Shown: positions 34,809 through 44,635 of the stretch, in pieces | Numbering within the stretch: position 1 is the first letter of the stretch | Layout: each line of letters starts with the position of its first letter | Virus record (IMG/VR): IMGVR_UViG_3300018013_000001 | Coordinates: 6,028-70,027 of that record | From: a virus | Direction: 5' to 3' (one strand) | Length of the DNA: 64,000 nt | Position numbers and translations under genes: made by a program | The notes under the pieces: generated by a model | Seen by the model: the letters and a program-made list of their open reading frames with translations, nothing else | The model's database searches: none | What the model was told of the DNA's origin: nothing

Positions 34809-36350
34809 ATGCCTGTCGCCCTCGATGCCGTGCGTTATCTCGGCGAGCACCTCAGCGAGAACATCGCTCGCACTCCAGAGGGATACCTCATCTGCAAGAA
34901 CGCCATCATTGGACGCACCGGATTCCAAGGTTACACGGTCGGAGAGATTGAGCCGAAGAAGTCCACTGACAGTGGAGAGATCAGCGAGAACTGGAAGCTC
35001 TGGGATTCTTATTTTCAGGGCCGCTCCAGGGATGAACGAATCGATCTCTGGCGCGATCCCCAGGAGGTTTTCTCTCCAGCCACTCTCGCCAGCTTCGAAG
35101 GAAAAACTTTCACTCTCACTCATCCTGACACCAACCTTGATCCCGAGAACGAACAAGAGCATCACGTCGGACATGTGCAGAACGTGCGCAAGGGTGAAGA
35201 ACCTCTGGACTCTGGCGACTGGCCGATGCTTGCTGACATCATCGTCACAGACGCCGGGGCGATTAGGGCCATCGAGGGTGGAGACAGAGAACTTTCCTGT
35301 GGCTACACTTACCGGCTCGCCAAGAATGGTGAGCGGCTTGAGCAACACAAGATCATCGGAAATCACGTGGCTCTGGTCCCGAAGGGCAGGGCTGGTGATG
35401 AGGCAAGGATCAATGACGCCGCACCAACGAAGGAGACTCCCGTGAAAACTGACTTTTTGAAACGCATCTTCGCATTGGGATTCCAGGCGTTCGCGAAGGA
35501 CGCGAAGCCGGAAGAGTTGGCCACGGCCATCGAGGAAGTTGGCAAGGCAGAGCCCGTGCTTAAGGAGCCTCGCTTCGTGAAGATCGGCACCACGAGCGAC
35601 GGTGTGGACATCTTCAAGAGCGTCGCCTTCGACGACGATGACAAGGGGAAGGACGACGACAAGAAGAACGCCAAGGATGCCGCCGAGGGTGGAGTCCAGG
35701 AAGAGGCAGAGCGCCGGGCCATGGACGACAGAGGAAAGCGCTTGCATGGTGCTCTTGATCTTCTTTTGCAAAAGGAAGGCGAGAAGAAAGCCGCCGGAGA
35801 TGCGGACTTGGCCGAGCTGGGCAAGCTCTTCTCGCAGTTCATGGCCGAGGAAGGGGCCGAGCAGGAGCACGCCGGAGACGACGACAAGGGCAAGGCCAAG
35901 GACGACAAGAGCGAAGAGGAGCTGAAGCCCATCGGCGATGACGACAAGGGGAAGGATGACGATGAGGGCAAAGGCAAGGATGACGACAAGGGCAAGGGGA
36001 AAGATGATGCCGAGATCGTGAGTCCCGAACCCGACCTGGAGAAGAAACAAGTGCCGGAGTCTCAGTTCGACACGGCCGCCGTTCTGCTCAAGGGTCTTCG
36101 TCCGTTCATCGCCAAATGCGGAGACAAGAAAACCATCGCGGCCTTCAACACCGCCCTGGACTCCCTGAACGCCGCCCGCAAGAAAGCCGGCGATGGCACA
36201 GGCAGCTATGCGAGCTTCGAGAGCGCGGCTCAGAGTCTTGGCAAGGACACCGCGATGCAGGGTGAATCTCCGGTGCAGAAGGAAGCCAAGCGCATAGACG
36301 CCATCTACAGGGCGGAGATGGAGAAGCGCAGCCGCCGGGGAAAGAAGTAA
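34809..36350 (+). CDS. DUF2213-family prohead protease/scaffold
   Basis: TPEGYLIC...IGRTG, ELSCGY, NHVALVPKGRAG; acidic DDDKGK-repeat scaffold region. Confidence 0.9.
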   Translation: MPVALDAVRYLGEHLSENIARTPEGYLICKNAIIGRTGFQGYTVGEIEPKKSTDSGEISENWKLWDSYFQGRSRDERIDLWRDPQEVFSPATLASFEGKTFTLTHPDTNLDPENEQEHHVGHVQNVRKGEEPLDSGDWPMLADIIVTDAGAIRAIEGGDRELSCGYTYRLAKNGERLEQHKIIGNHVALVPKGRAGDEARINDAAPTKETPVKTDFLKRIFALGFQAFAKDAKPEELATAIEEVGKAEPVLKEPRFVKIGTTSDGVDIFKSVAFDDDDKGKDDDKKNAKDAAEGGVQEEAERRAMDDRGKRLHGALDLLLQKEGEKKAAGDADLAELGKLFSQFMAEEGAEQEHAGDDDKGKAKDDKSEEELKPIGDDDKGKDDDEGKGKDDDKGKGKDDAEIVSPEPDLEKKQVPESQFDTAAVLLKGLRPFIAKCGDKKTIAAFNTALDSLNAARKKAGDGTGSYASFESAAQSLGKDTAMQGESPVQKEAKRIDAIYRAEMEKRSRRGKK

Positions 36351-36423
36351 GCCAGGCTTCAGACTGTAGGGTTTTGGAACGAGCGGGCCGGGAGCCCGCA
36401 GAGCAGAAGAGGAGAAGAAAATC

Positions 36424-37233
36424 ATGTTGACAATCCATTCAGGGAAATTGGCATTGCTCCGTTGGCTGGACCGGCACTTCGCCAAGCACGGATACAACAG
36501 GGCTTTCGAGCGCCATGTGGCGCGATTGCTCTATGACCCGAGTGGAATTTCGGAGACGGGTAGCGGGACCCCCTTCGGTGCCGTGATCCCGGTGACAGGA
36601 TTGAACATCGGATTCCTCGGCCAAGTTTCGAGAACCGGCGAGCGCGTGATCGCGGCCGGCCAGGCATCTGCTCAACTGACTCCGTTCGTGGCTGATGCGA
36701 TCGCCTTCGGAGATGCGGTCTATCTGGTGCCCGACACGACCGCTCAGGGAGCAACGCCCTCAGCTCCGACACAACCCGCCCCTCTCACGTCATCCTTGGG
36801 TGGAACGTACATGTCGCTCAGGGCCGCCATCATCGGGACAGGCACTCCGGGTTCTCCGAGCGGAGGGATAACCTTCAGCGCTCCGTATTTCTCAGGCATC
36901 GCCGTCCGCTTGGTGAAGACGATGCTTGGGTATCCTCAAGTGCCCGGAACTCTGGCGATCGGCTCCTACGCGCCCGGAGAGGTGATGGAAGTTCTGGAGC
37001 GAGGTTCTGTTGTCGTGAGAGTTTGGGCTGGCACGCCGCAGAGGAACCAGCCGGTGTATCTGCGAACCGCGTACAACATCATTTACTCGCCCGGCCCCGT
37101 CGGCGGACTCGAAGCATACGTCTCCGCGAGTTCCGCGAGTCAGGTCGCCCTCGTCGGAGTCGTGTTCCGCACCGGGTACGTGGACGGCAACGGATGCTGC
37201 GAGATCACGCTGTTGTCGCGGCAGTCTGCGTAG
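36424..37233 (+). CDS. Capsid decoration/cement protein
   Basis: Between scaffold and capsid; IAFGDAV, VLERGSVVV, VYLR motifs. Confidence 0.7.
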   Translation: MLTIHSGKLALLRWLDRHFAKHGYNRAFERHVARLLYDPSGISETGSGTPFGAVIPVTGLNIGFLGQVSRTGERVIAAGQASAQLTPFVADAIAFGDAVYLVPDTTAQGATPSAPTQPAPLTSSLGGTYMSLRAAIIGTGTPGSPSGGITFSAPYFSGIAVRLVKTMLGYPQVPGTLAIGSYAPGEVMEVLERGSVVVRVWAGTPQRNQPVYLRTAYNIIYSPGPVGGLEAYVSASSASQVALVGVVFRTGYVDGNGCCEITLLSRQSA

Positions 37234-37296
37234 CGACTGGTCGGCCGGTTGGTTGAGAGAGTTCGATCATTGATGAGACTGTTTGGAGGATCAGAA

Positions 37297-38298
37297 ATGT
37301 TCAAACACAATTGGACAGGGAGTGTGGCAAAGGACGCCGCCAGCGGCGCGGGTTTTGCTTTTCTCCAATCTCAGCTTGAGTTGCCGGACGTCAGGCTCAT
37401 CGAGCCCTTGGCGTCGGTCACCCACCCTCGGGACATTCCCATCAAGACGGGCGGAGGATTCCCCGAGTTCGTGAGCCGCTGGGCCTCTGATTATGCCACC
37501 GTCGGCGGGAACCAGTATGGCCTACAGCTAACTCAGAACACCGACGTGCCGACGGTCCAGACCAACATCAACAAGGGCGTGTGGCGCACGTTCATCTGGC
37601 AGGCGTCCATGCTCATCACCCATCTAGACCTCCAGCGCCTGATCGACGCCAAGCGCTTCGGAATGCCGATGCCATTCAGCATCCAGGACCTGCTCGACCG
37701 AGGAGTCAGGGTGATCTGGGGCAAAGCCCTGGATCGCGTGACCTACCTGGGTTGGGCGGGTCAGCCGGGCCTCATCAACAACACGGCGATTGGCTACACG
37801 GCAGCCTCGAACGGCGCGGCCGGTTCTCCGCTGTGGTCGAGGAAGACGACCACCGAAATCCTGAACGACATCAACCAGATCCTGCTGGCCACACAGCAGG
37901 CATCAGGATACGATGTGGCCGGGATGGCGGACACGATTCTGATGGACTATGAGCACTACGACATCATGACGCAGCCCATGACCATCGGCGGGTTCAACTC
38001 CCTGCTCGAATGGGTTCTGGCGAACAACATCGCGAAGCGCCAAGGGATCGAAGTGGAGATCCTTCCCCTCCCGGATCCGTGGATCGTTGGCCAGGGGCAG
38101 GTTGGCAGCCTGGCCAGATTGCTTGCGTACCGCAAGAACGACGAGACCGTGGAGCTTCAGATCCCGCAGCCGATCCAGAAAGTGATGACGGTCCCGAGCG
38201 TGAAGGATGGCGGAGCTTACGAGACGCTGTTCAACGGTTGCGTGTCTCAGGTTCAGGTGTTCCGCAGCACCGCGATGGCTTATCTTGACGGCATTTAA
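37297..38298 (+). CDS. Major capsid protein (DUF2184-type)
   Basis: FLQSQLE..D..L.EPL..VT..RDI, YLG....GLIN, EILNDINQ; GGAGG RBS. Confidence 0.9.
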   Translation: MFKHNWTGSVAKDAASGAGFAFLQSQLELPDVRLIEPLASVTHPRDIPIKTGGGFPEFVSRWASDYATVGGNQYGLQLTQNTDVPTVQTNINKGVWRTFIWQASMLITHLDLQRLIDAKRFGMPMPFSIQDLLDRGVRVIWGKALDRVTYLGWAGQPGLINNTAIGYTAASNGAAGSPLWSRKTTTEILNDINQILLATQQASGYDVAGMADTILMDYEHYDIMTQPMTIGGFNSLLEWVLANNIAKRQGIEVEILPLPDPWIVGQGQVGSLARLLAYRKNDETVELQIPQPIQKVMTVPSVKDGGAYETLFNGCVSQVQVFRSTAMAYLDGI

Positions 38299-38360
38299 GC
38301 GTCAGGGTGTATAATGCTTGTCGCCGGGTTCCAGAAAAGATCGGTCCGGCGACGAGGTGA

Positions 38361-38678
38361 ATGATGTACCAAAGGGTTCAGCGCACGATGTTCTTGACGA
38401 AGCGAGACGGGCATCCGGCGATCAGGCTGATGGCATCGCCAGAGCCACAGCATCTTCCGGCGTGGTTCACGGCGACGGAGTTCTACAAGGAAGCCGTGGA
38501 GCGCGGAAACATCTTGGAAGTGAGGGGCAAGCCACCGGCACCGCCAGCGGAGGAGTTCAAGGGTGAGCCCAAGATTCCGATGGGTCTTCCGACGCCTCCC
38601 AACCAGCCAGAGACGGCGCCACTCACAGTCGGCGCAAAGAACAGAGGCAGAAGCAAGGCCGCCCAACCAAGTGCGTAG
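38361..38678 (+). CDS. Hypothetical head-associated protein (paralog A)
   Basis: ASPEPQHLPAW...YKEAVERG. Confidence 0.65.
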   Translation: MMYQRVQRTMFLTKRDGHPAIRLMASPEPQHLPAWFTATEFYKEAVERGNILEVRGKPPAPPAEEFKGEPKIPMGLPTPPNQPETAPLTVGAKNRGRSKAAQPSA

Positions 38679-38690
38679 GGTGAATCAGAA

Positions 38691-39083
38691 ATGCTAGTGA
38701 TAATCAAAAACAGTTTTTTCCTCCGATGCCCCGATGCCAGCCAAATGCTTTATCACCAGAATCTTCACCTCCACGCTTCTCCCGAGCCGCAGGAGATTCC
38801 CGAATGGGTGGCCGAGGCGGAGGTTTACAAGGAAGCCCTCAAGAGGGGAACGGTCTTGGAGATCAAGGTTGCCTCCGCCGAGATCAAGCCACAGGCTGAT
38901 CCAGTGACCGAAAAACCATCCGCCTCGGATGCCAGTGATTCAAAGCACCAGTCCAAGGCTGACGCGAAGGCTGACGCTGAGGCAAAAGCCCAAGAAGCGT
39001 GCGATGCGGAAGAGGAAGCGGACGAGCTGGTCGATGAGGACCAAGCTGCGGCCGATGCTCAGAAGAAACAGAAGAGTGCGTGA
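38691..39083 (+). CDS. Hypothetical head-associated protein (paralog B)
   Basis: ASPEPQEIPEW...YKEALKRG. Confidence 0.65.
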   Translation: MLVIIKNSFFLRCPDASQMLYHQNLHLHASPEPQEIPEWVAEAEVYKEALKRGTVLEIKVASAEIKPQADPVTEKPSASDASDSKHQSKADAKADAEAKAQEACDAEEEADELVDEDQAAADAQKKQKSA

Positions 39084-39811
39084 GGAGTGATGTGGGTGGG
39101 TTCCCAGATTACAGCGAGTGGCTCGAGTCGGTTTGGGGATGGCCTGACGAGTCGGGCGGGATGCTGCCCACCCTCGCGGGTGCCTCGAACGTAGTCTACG
39201 GAACGAACCCACCCTACACCGTTCAAGATTTTCTCGCCCTCTATCCCAAGTTCGCGGGACCGCCTCTGATCTCGCCCGTGACCACGGTTTCGGGAAGCGC
39301 AAGCGTAAGCGTTCCAGACGCAACGGGACTGACGATTGGCAACGCCGTCGCCGGACCTGGAATACCGAACGGAACCTTCATCTCGGGCATCGCTGGCTTG
39401 GTCCTGACGCTCTCGCAGAACGCCACCGCAAGCGCGTCGATCAGCCTCACCATCTGGAACGCTCCGCCGATACCGTTCGCCGTCATCACCGCCTATCTTT
39501 ACTTGGCCACCGCATCTCTTGTTCAGGCTCGCTGGCAGGAGCAGTGGGTGCTCGCTGTCGCGCTGTACGTGGCGCACTTCCTCACCCTGTACGCGAGGTC
39601 TGATGGCGATCCGAACTCCAGCGTCGGGCGGATCGCGGCCCAAGGGCTGGCGACCGGAATAGCCGTTGCGAAGTCGGTCGGCGACGTGAGCGTGAGCTAT
39701 CAGCCGGTGCAAGGCTTGGAGAACTGGGCGAGCTGGAACCTGACGCAATACGGCCAGATGCTGGCGACGATGGCCAAGGTGATCGGCAGCGGGCCGATGC
39801 TGGCATGGTGA
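39080..39811 (+). CDS. Head-tail adaptor (DUF4054-like) with inserted beta domain
   Basis: FLALYPKF...LYVAHFLTL...KSVGDVSVSY...WNLTQYG. Confidence 0.85.
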   Translation: MRSDVGGFPDYSEWLESVWGWPDESGGMLPTLAGASNVVYGTNPPYTVQDFLALYPKFAGPPLISPVTTVSGSASVSVPDATGLTIGNAVAGPGIPNGTFISGIAGLVLTLSQNATASASISLTIWNAPPIPFAVITAYLYLATASLVQARWQEQWVLAVALYVAHFLTLYARSDGDPNSSVGRIAAQGLATGIAVAKSVGDVSVSYQPVQGLENWASWNLTQYGQMLATMAKVIGSGPMLAW

Positions 39812-39815
39812 GAGC

Positions 39816-40304
39816 ATGATGCCTCAAATCTCGGTTTCGAGAAGCGGTAGCGGCCCGCTGGCCCTCTACCAGGCGCTCTCCAAGATCAGGCGCGCAGAGG
39901 TGCTGGTCGGCATCCCGCAGCGGACGGCTGGCCGGCCTCGGCAGAAGATAAACAACGCCGCCCTGCTCTACATCCACACGCACGGCTCTCCGGTTCGGGG
40001 CATCCCCGCCCGTCCCGTCATCGAGCCAGCGATCCAGGCCGAGGGCAACAGGCAGGCCATCGCGGTGGAGCTTGAGGCTGCGGCCAAGGCATGGCTCGAC
40101 AAGAATCCAGTGAAGGCCACTGCTTTCCTGCGTCGCGCCGGAATCGCCGGGGTGAACGCCTCGAAGTCCTGGTTCGTCGATCCGCGGAACCGCTGGGCAC
40201 CGAACGCTCCGTCCACCATCAAGCGGAAGGGTTCGGACAGACCCCTGATCGACACCGGAGCCATGAGAAAGTCCATCACGTTCGTGGTCAGGGAAGAGAC
40301 ATGA
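39816..40304 (+). CDS. Neck protein
   Basis: VLVGIP, IPARP, PNAPSTIKRKGSDRPLIDTG. Confidence 0.85.
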   Translation: MMPQISVSRSGSGPLALYQALSKIRRAEVLVGIPQRTAGRPRQKINNAALLYIHTHGSPVRGIPARPVIEPAIQAEGNRQAIAVELEAAAKAWLDKNPVKATAFLRRAGIAGVNASKSWFVDPRNRWAPNAPSTIKRKGSDRPLIDTGAMRKSITFVVREET

Positions 40305-40666
40305 TCGACGTTTCCGAAGTGGTCAACGATCCTGAGAACGCGCAGAGTTACAGCATCCTGCGCTCGGCTGGAACCTGGGTCAACGGCGTGTGGCAGCCGA
40401 ACGCGGAGACGCTTCAGGGCTACGGGAGAATCTCCGTCGCCAGACCGCGCGACGTGGAGATGATCCCCGAAGGAGACAAGATCGTCGGGGCGATGGTCTT
40501 CTGGTCCAGCACCGCGATCTTTGGGACCAGAGCAGACAGCGCTGGAAACGGCGGCTCGAGCGACATCCTGATGTGGAGGGGAAAGAAGTTCCGAGTGCTG
40601 AGCGTGTATCAATATTCTGACTATGGTTATTGGAAGGCGATAGCCACGCGGATGGAGGCGGCCTGA
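40301..40666 (+). CDS. Head closure / neck protein
   Basis: MIDVSEVVNDP...PEGD...W.G..FRV...YGYWKA; position in module. Confidence 0.75.
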   Translation: MIDVSEVVNDPENAQSYSILRSAGTWVNGVWQPNAETLQGYGRISVARPRDVEMIPEGDKIVGAMVFWSSTAIFGTRADSAGNGGSSDILMWRGKKFRVLSVYQYSDYGYWKAIATRMEAA

Positions 40667-41286
40667 TGACCACGACCACCTATCCAAACACGCAGCAGCT
40701 CGTGAGTTCGGCGCTGACCATCTCTCAGGTCAACGCCGTCTTGCAGCCGCTCACGCTCGGCATGCTCGGCCTGCTGGTGGAGATCAACTCTTCTGCCGTC
40801 CGCGTCGAGTGGCCCAAGGAAGGCGCGCCGTTCGTGAACACTCCAGATGACGACGTGTGCTTCCTGCGATGCGTTCCCGAGGATGGCGAGTACAACAAGG
40901 TCCGAGACAAGGCCGTCATCCAGAACGACGACGATGCGGAGTCGATCACGGAACGGTTCAGCTACACGCGCGTCTGGCGAATCACCTGGTGCCTCTATGG
41001 TCCCAACTCGACGGACAGAGCGAGGGCCATCAAGAGCGCCATCTTCGAGGTTGATTACTTCCTCGACCAGCTTTCGCTGAGCCAGCTTTTCCCGGTCAGC
41101 GAGTACGGAGAGCCGGTCCGCGCACCGGAGAACATCGACGGCCAGTGGTTCGAGCGGGTGGACTATGAGGTGACGATGTACGAGTTCGTGGTCGAGACCA
41201 TCATCGATCAGAGCGTGAAGAGCGTGGAAGTGAAGACGTTCGAGCACGCTGGGCAGTTTGCTGATTTTACAGTGACAGGTAGCTAA
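40666..41286 (+). CDS. Tail terminator / neck protein
   Basis: YGPNS.DRA, PE..DGQWFERVD; immediately upstream of the sheath. Confidence 0.75.
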   Translation: MTTTTYPNTQQLVSSALTISQVNAVLQPLTLGMLGLLVEINSSAVRVEWPKEGAPFVNTPDDDVCFLRCVPEDGEYNKVRDKAVIQNDDDAESITERFSYTRVWRITWCLYGPNSTDRARAIKSAIFEVDYFLDQLSLSQLFPVSEYGEPVRAPENIDGQWFERVDYEVTMYEFVVETIIDQSVKSVEVKTFEHAGQFADFTVTGS

Positions 41287-41296
41287 GGAGTCCAAA

Positions 41297-42925
41297 ATGG
41301 TTCCCGAGCCTCTTCCGTTAAGCGACATCATACAGGTTAATGTGTCTGCGGCCTCGCCTCCCATCGGAGCGCTGGCCTTCAACCAGGGTCTCATCGTGGG
41401 CCCGTCCACCGTCATACCGTCCTACGGAAGCAACCCCAGGATGCGCCAGTACGCCAGCCTGGACGAGATGCTGGCCGACTTCTGGAACGGAACGGAGCCC
41501 GAGTATCTGGCTGCGACGATCTACTTCAGCCAGAAGCACACCCCGCAGTTCGTGTGGATCGGCAGGCGGGACCTGACCGCGATCCGCACCGCAATCCCCA
41601 GTGGTCGGACGGTGAACGACGGCATCATGAACAGCGTGACTGACCCGACGCATCTGACCTCTGCCACAGCCGCCTTCGTTTCTGGCGACATTGGGAAGAA
41701 AGTTCTGGTCACTGGCGCGGGAGCGGCGGGAGTTGATCTTGACACCACGATCGCGTCGATTAGCAGCGGCACGGTCGCCGTGCTCAACAGTCCATGTCTG
41801 CACACCGTCGCCGCCGCTCAGGCGAGCATCGGAGACACCGGGCGCGCTTACATGTCGGGAGATCAGGTGGGCGTGACTGAGGGAAGCGCCTCGAACGGCA
41901 TCCTGTCGGTTCTGACCGTGGGCGAGGGAGGTGTCGTGCTGACGCTGGGCACGACAATCGGAAATCAAGGGACCGGATACACGGTCACGACCGGACTCGC
42001 CACGACTGACGGATCGGGAACCGGACTGAAGGTGGACACCACGGCGATCGGAGAAACGTATCTTCAGGCCGTCGAGGCTTGCAACCTTGCCAGAAACAAC
42101 AATCCCGACCAGCAGTGGTACGGCTTCATGTGCTGCGCGGCCACGGACGGGGATCACCTTGATCTTGCCGCTTGGTCTTCGGCCAACTGGCAGGTGGCGA
42201 TGTATTTCGGTTCGTCCACCGACGTCGCGATCCCGTCCGGCACGGCAGGCAACATCGCGCTTCAGATCAAGGCTCTCACGGACCGGGCGTTCATCATGTT
42301 CAGCACCACCCAGCTCGGCCTCTACCCTAACAACATCTACGCGGCCGCCGGGCCCCTGGGAGAGGCGTGCGGATTGAACACGGGGCTTGCCGGGAGCGCG
42401 TTCACCTTGAACCTCAAGCAGATTGTGAACGTGGCACCGGAGCCGCTTACTCAGACTCAATACAACGCCATCGTCGCAGCCTACTGCAACGTGGTGTGCA
42501 GCTTCGGGCCCTACGCTGGTTATCTCGTGTCTGGCATCCTGTCCAGCGGAGAGTTCTTCGACCAGATACTCGACCGCGCCATGCTGATCAACCAGATCCA
42601 GGTCAACCTGATGAACCTGCTGATCGCGGTGCCGAAGGTTCCGCAGACGAACCCCGGCGAGCACCAGCTCATCGCACAGGTGGACGCCGCGTGCTCGAAC
42701 ATGGCCAGCATCGGCTACATCGCCGGCGGAGTGTGGGAGGGCGCGCCGGTGCTCGGCCTCAAGATCGGACAAGCTCTTCCGCTGGGATTCCTGGATCAGG
42801 CCCAGCCCTACGCGCTGCAATCTGCGGGAGATCGCGCGGCGCGAAAGGCGATGCCGATCTACTGCGCGATCATCGAGGCTGGAGCAGTCCATAGCGTCGT
42901 CGTACAAGTCAACGTGCAGCTATGA
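41297..42925 (+). CDS. Contractile tail sheath (DUF3383-type) with inserted domains
   Basis: LSDIIQVNV, PEYLAATIYFSQ, KVPQTNPG, DRAARKA.PI....AGAVH. Confidence 0.9.
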   Translation: MVPEPLPLSDIIQVNVSAASPPIGALAFNQGLIVGPSTVIPSYGSNPRMRQYASLDEMLADFWNGTEPEYLAATIYFSQKHTPQFVWIGRRDLTAIRTAIPSGRTVNDGIMNSVTDPTHLTSATAAFVSGDIGKKVLVTGAGAAGVDLDTTIASISSGTVAVLNSPCLHTVAAAQASIGDTGRAYMSGDQVGVTEGSASNGILSVLTVGEGGVVLTLGTTIGNQGTGYTVTTGLATTDGSGTGLKVDTTAIGETYLQAVEACNLARNNNPDQQWYGFMCCAATDGDHLDLAAWSSANWQVAMYFGSSTDVAIPSGTAGNIALQIKALTDRAFIMFSTTQLGLYPNNIYAAAGPLGEACGLNTGLAGSAFTLNLKQIVNVAPEPLTQTQYNAIVAAYCNVVCSFGPYAGYLVSGILSSGEFFDQILDRAMLINQIQVNLMNLLIAVPKVPQTNPGEHQLIAQVDAACSNMASIGYIAGGVWEGAPVLGLKIGQALPLGFLDQAQPYALQSAGDRAARKAMPIYCAIIEAGAVHSVVVQVNVQL

Positions 42926-43052
42926 GCGAGAGAAAGATGCAAAGCACTAAAATCACAATTTATTTGATTCATTAGACCAGAAGTCAAAGCGAAAATGCTT
43001 GGAAATAGAAACGCTGTTGACTGGCCGATGAAAGTTACTCAGAGAGGATAAC

Positions 43053-43511
43053 ATGCCATTAGTTCAAACCACTTATTCATTTCGTGATCTAGTCGGGGTC
43101 TTGAACAATCCGCTGATGGACGGTCCTTTGCAGATCGCGGGCGGCAACATCGGCCTCGGAACCATCACCATCAGGATGCTGACCACGCGCACGGAGCATG
43201 AGGTGGGGACGGACGGAGTGGTCATGCCGAGCTACATCGCGGGAGACAACGCTGAGATCACCATCGAGATGCAGCAAACCTCGGCGCTACACCATTCGCT
43301 CCTGGACCTCTTCAACCTGATGATCACGGCTGCCAATAACGGCGACGTGAGCGGCTGGGCCACGACCGTGCTGAGCCTGCGCACGATCCTGGACGGCTCG
43401 GGGCATCTCCTGTCAGGAATCTCCTTCCAGAAGACTCCCGACAAGCCGTACGCGGCGAGGGGTCAGAACGTGACCTGGGTGTTGATGGCGGCGTATTGCG
43501 TAAATCAGTAG
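43053..43511 (+). CDS. Tail tube protein
   Basis: TYSFRD, VGTDG, ITIEMQQTS, terminal W; follows the sheath. Confidence 0.85.
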   Translation: MPLVQTTYSFRDLVGVLNNPLMDGPLQIAGGNIGLGTITIRMLTTRTEHEVGTDGVVMPSYIAGDNAEITIEMQQTSALHHSLLDLFNLMITAANNGDVSGWATTVLSLRTILDGSGHLLSGISFQKTPDKPYAARGQNVTWVLMAAYCVNQ

Positions 43512-43535
43512 TCAGATCAAAAAAGAGGTTCGTTG

Positions 43536-43832
43536 ATGGCGAAAGATCAATTTGGAATAGACCTTCAGGAGGGGACGCGCGTCGTCGTCAAGCTGGGCAG
43601 TGAGATGGTCAACGGCATCATCACCAAGATCGAAGAGGGTGGATTGTCCTTGATTGGAAATGGTGCGCAAGGCATCAAGCCAGGCCATCTTGTGGTGCTT
43701 TGCGACGTGCATTACCAATGGAATCCCCAGCTCGGCGACAGGTTGGCCAATGTGATCGTGACGATGGATCAGCCGTCAACCTGCTCAGACCCCCTGGCGG
43801 AATCTTTGATCAAGGAAAGTAAACCCTCTTGA
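43536..43832 (+). CDS. Hypothetical protein (SH3/KOW-like)
   Basis: KDQFGIDLQEGTRVV...GIITKIE; GAGG RBS. Confidence 0.55.
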   Translation: MAKDQFGIDLQEGTRVVVKLGSEMVNGIITKIEEGGLSLIGNGAQGIKPGHLVVLCDVHYQWNPQLGDRLANVIVTMDQPSTCSDPLAESLIKESKPS

Positions 43833-43958
43833 CGCGAGAAATAGCGATTTAAGGCGTCATGGGCTAATCACACTGCCGAGGCCTTCGGGACGCTGGGAGG
43901 GGCAGGGAAACCGGAGCCACGGGGCATTAAACGTCGTTTCTGAGAGAAAAGGAGGCTC

Positions 43959-44453
43959 ATGAAGCCCAAAACTAAGACCGTAGAGATCGGCGACGCGAAG
44001 TATCAGATCCGCAAGCTCTCGCCGGACATTGGATCCTTCATCCTCATGCAGAGCATCCGGGCCGCCATGAAGTCCGGCAACATGGCCGGCGCGCCATCGG
44101 GTGGAACTCAAGCCGTCGAGGAAGTTCCAGAAGCTGAGAGAAATCCCGAGGACATAGTGCGCGCCGTCGCTAACGCCGCGTTCCTTGGAGGATTCGATTT
44201 CGAGACGCATCGCTTCGTGCAGACAAGCTGCCTGGCAGCCTGTTCGCGACTCGAGATCGCGGAAGCTCCCGGTGGAGTCGAGATCCCGATGCCGATAGTC
44301 AACAGTTTCGGCGCGTGGGCCATCCTTGAGATCAGGGACGACGTGGCGCTCGTGATGCGCCTGGCGGTCGAGTGCATGGTGTTCAACTTCTCGGATTTTT
44401 TCTCCGAGGGGGGGCTGGCGATGCTCGCGGGAACCCAGGCTTCGACGCAGTAG
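43959..44453 (+). CDS. Tail assembly chaperone (gpG-like)
   Basis: Between tube and tape measure; ends FNFSDFF at a slippery site. Confidence 0.8.
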   Translation: MKPKTKTVEIGDAKYQIRKLSPDIGSFILMQSIRAAMKSGNMAGAPSGGTQAVEEVPEAERNPEDIVRAVANAAFLGGFDFETHRFVQTSCLAACSRLEIAEAPGGVEIPMPIVNSFGAWAILEIRDDVALVMRLAVECMVFNFSDFFSEGGLAMLAGTQASTQ

Positions 44454-44632
44454 ACTTCCCCTCCCTCGACGCGTTCCTGTGGCGGCCTGTGATGGCCGGC
44501 ATGTGGAGGCAGCACGAGCTTTTCGACGGCACGTATTCGTTTGATGATCTTCTGCAAGTTCATGAATTTCTCGATACGCGGGAAGAGAACGAGCGGCTGT
44601 ACTGGGAATGGAGAAAGAATCACCCGGAATGA
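44396..44632 (+). CDS. Tail assembly chaperone -1 frameshift extension (gpT-like)
   Basis: Slippery T TTT TTC at 44396-44402; the -1 frame encodes FLWRPVMAG...ELFDGTYSFDDL...E.LD. Confidence 0.75.
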   Translation, partial: FFLRGGAGDARGNPGFDAVDFPSLDAFLWRPVMAGMWRQHELFDGTYSFDDLLQVHEFLDTREENERLYWEWRKNHPE

Positions 44633-44635
44633 GCG

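Noticed and set aside
34705-35445. 246-aa alternative-frame ORF over the DUF2213 gene
   Set aside because: Ser/Arg/Thr-rich off-frame pattern with no domain signal, unlike the nested HNH and MTase-beta frames.
35632-36010. Short repeats as a possible CRISPR array
   Set aside because: In-frame coding repeats (DDDKGK) without constant repeat-spacer periodicity; no cas operon.
34668-36497. 609-aa minus-strand ORF (likewise 41318-42907, 62233-63582, 26677-27504)
   Set aside because: Antisense shadows of GC3-rich genes with no recognisable motifs.
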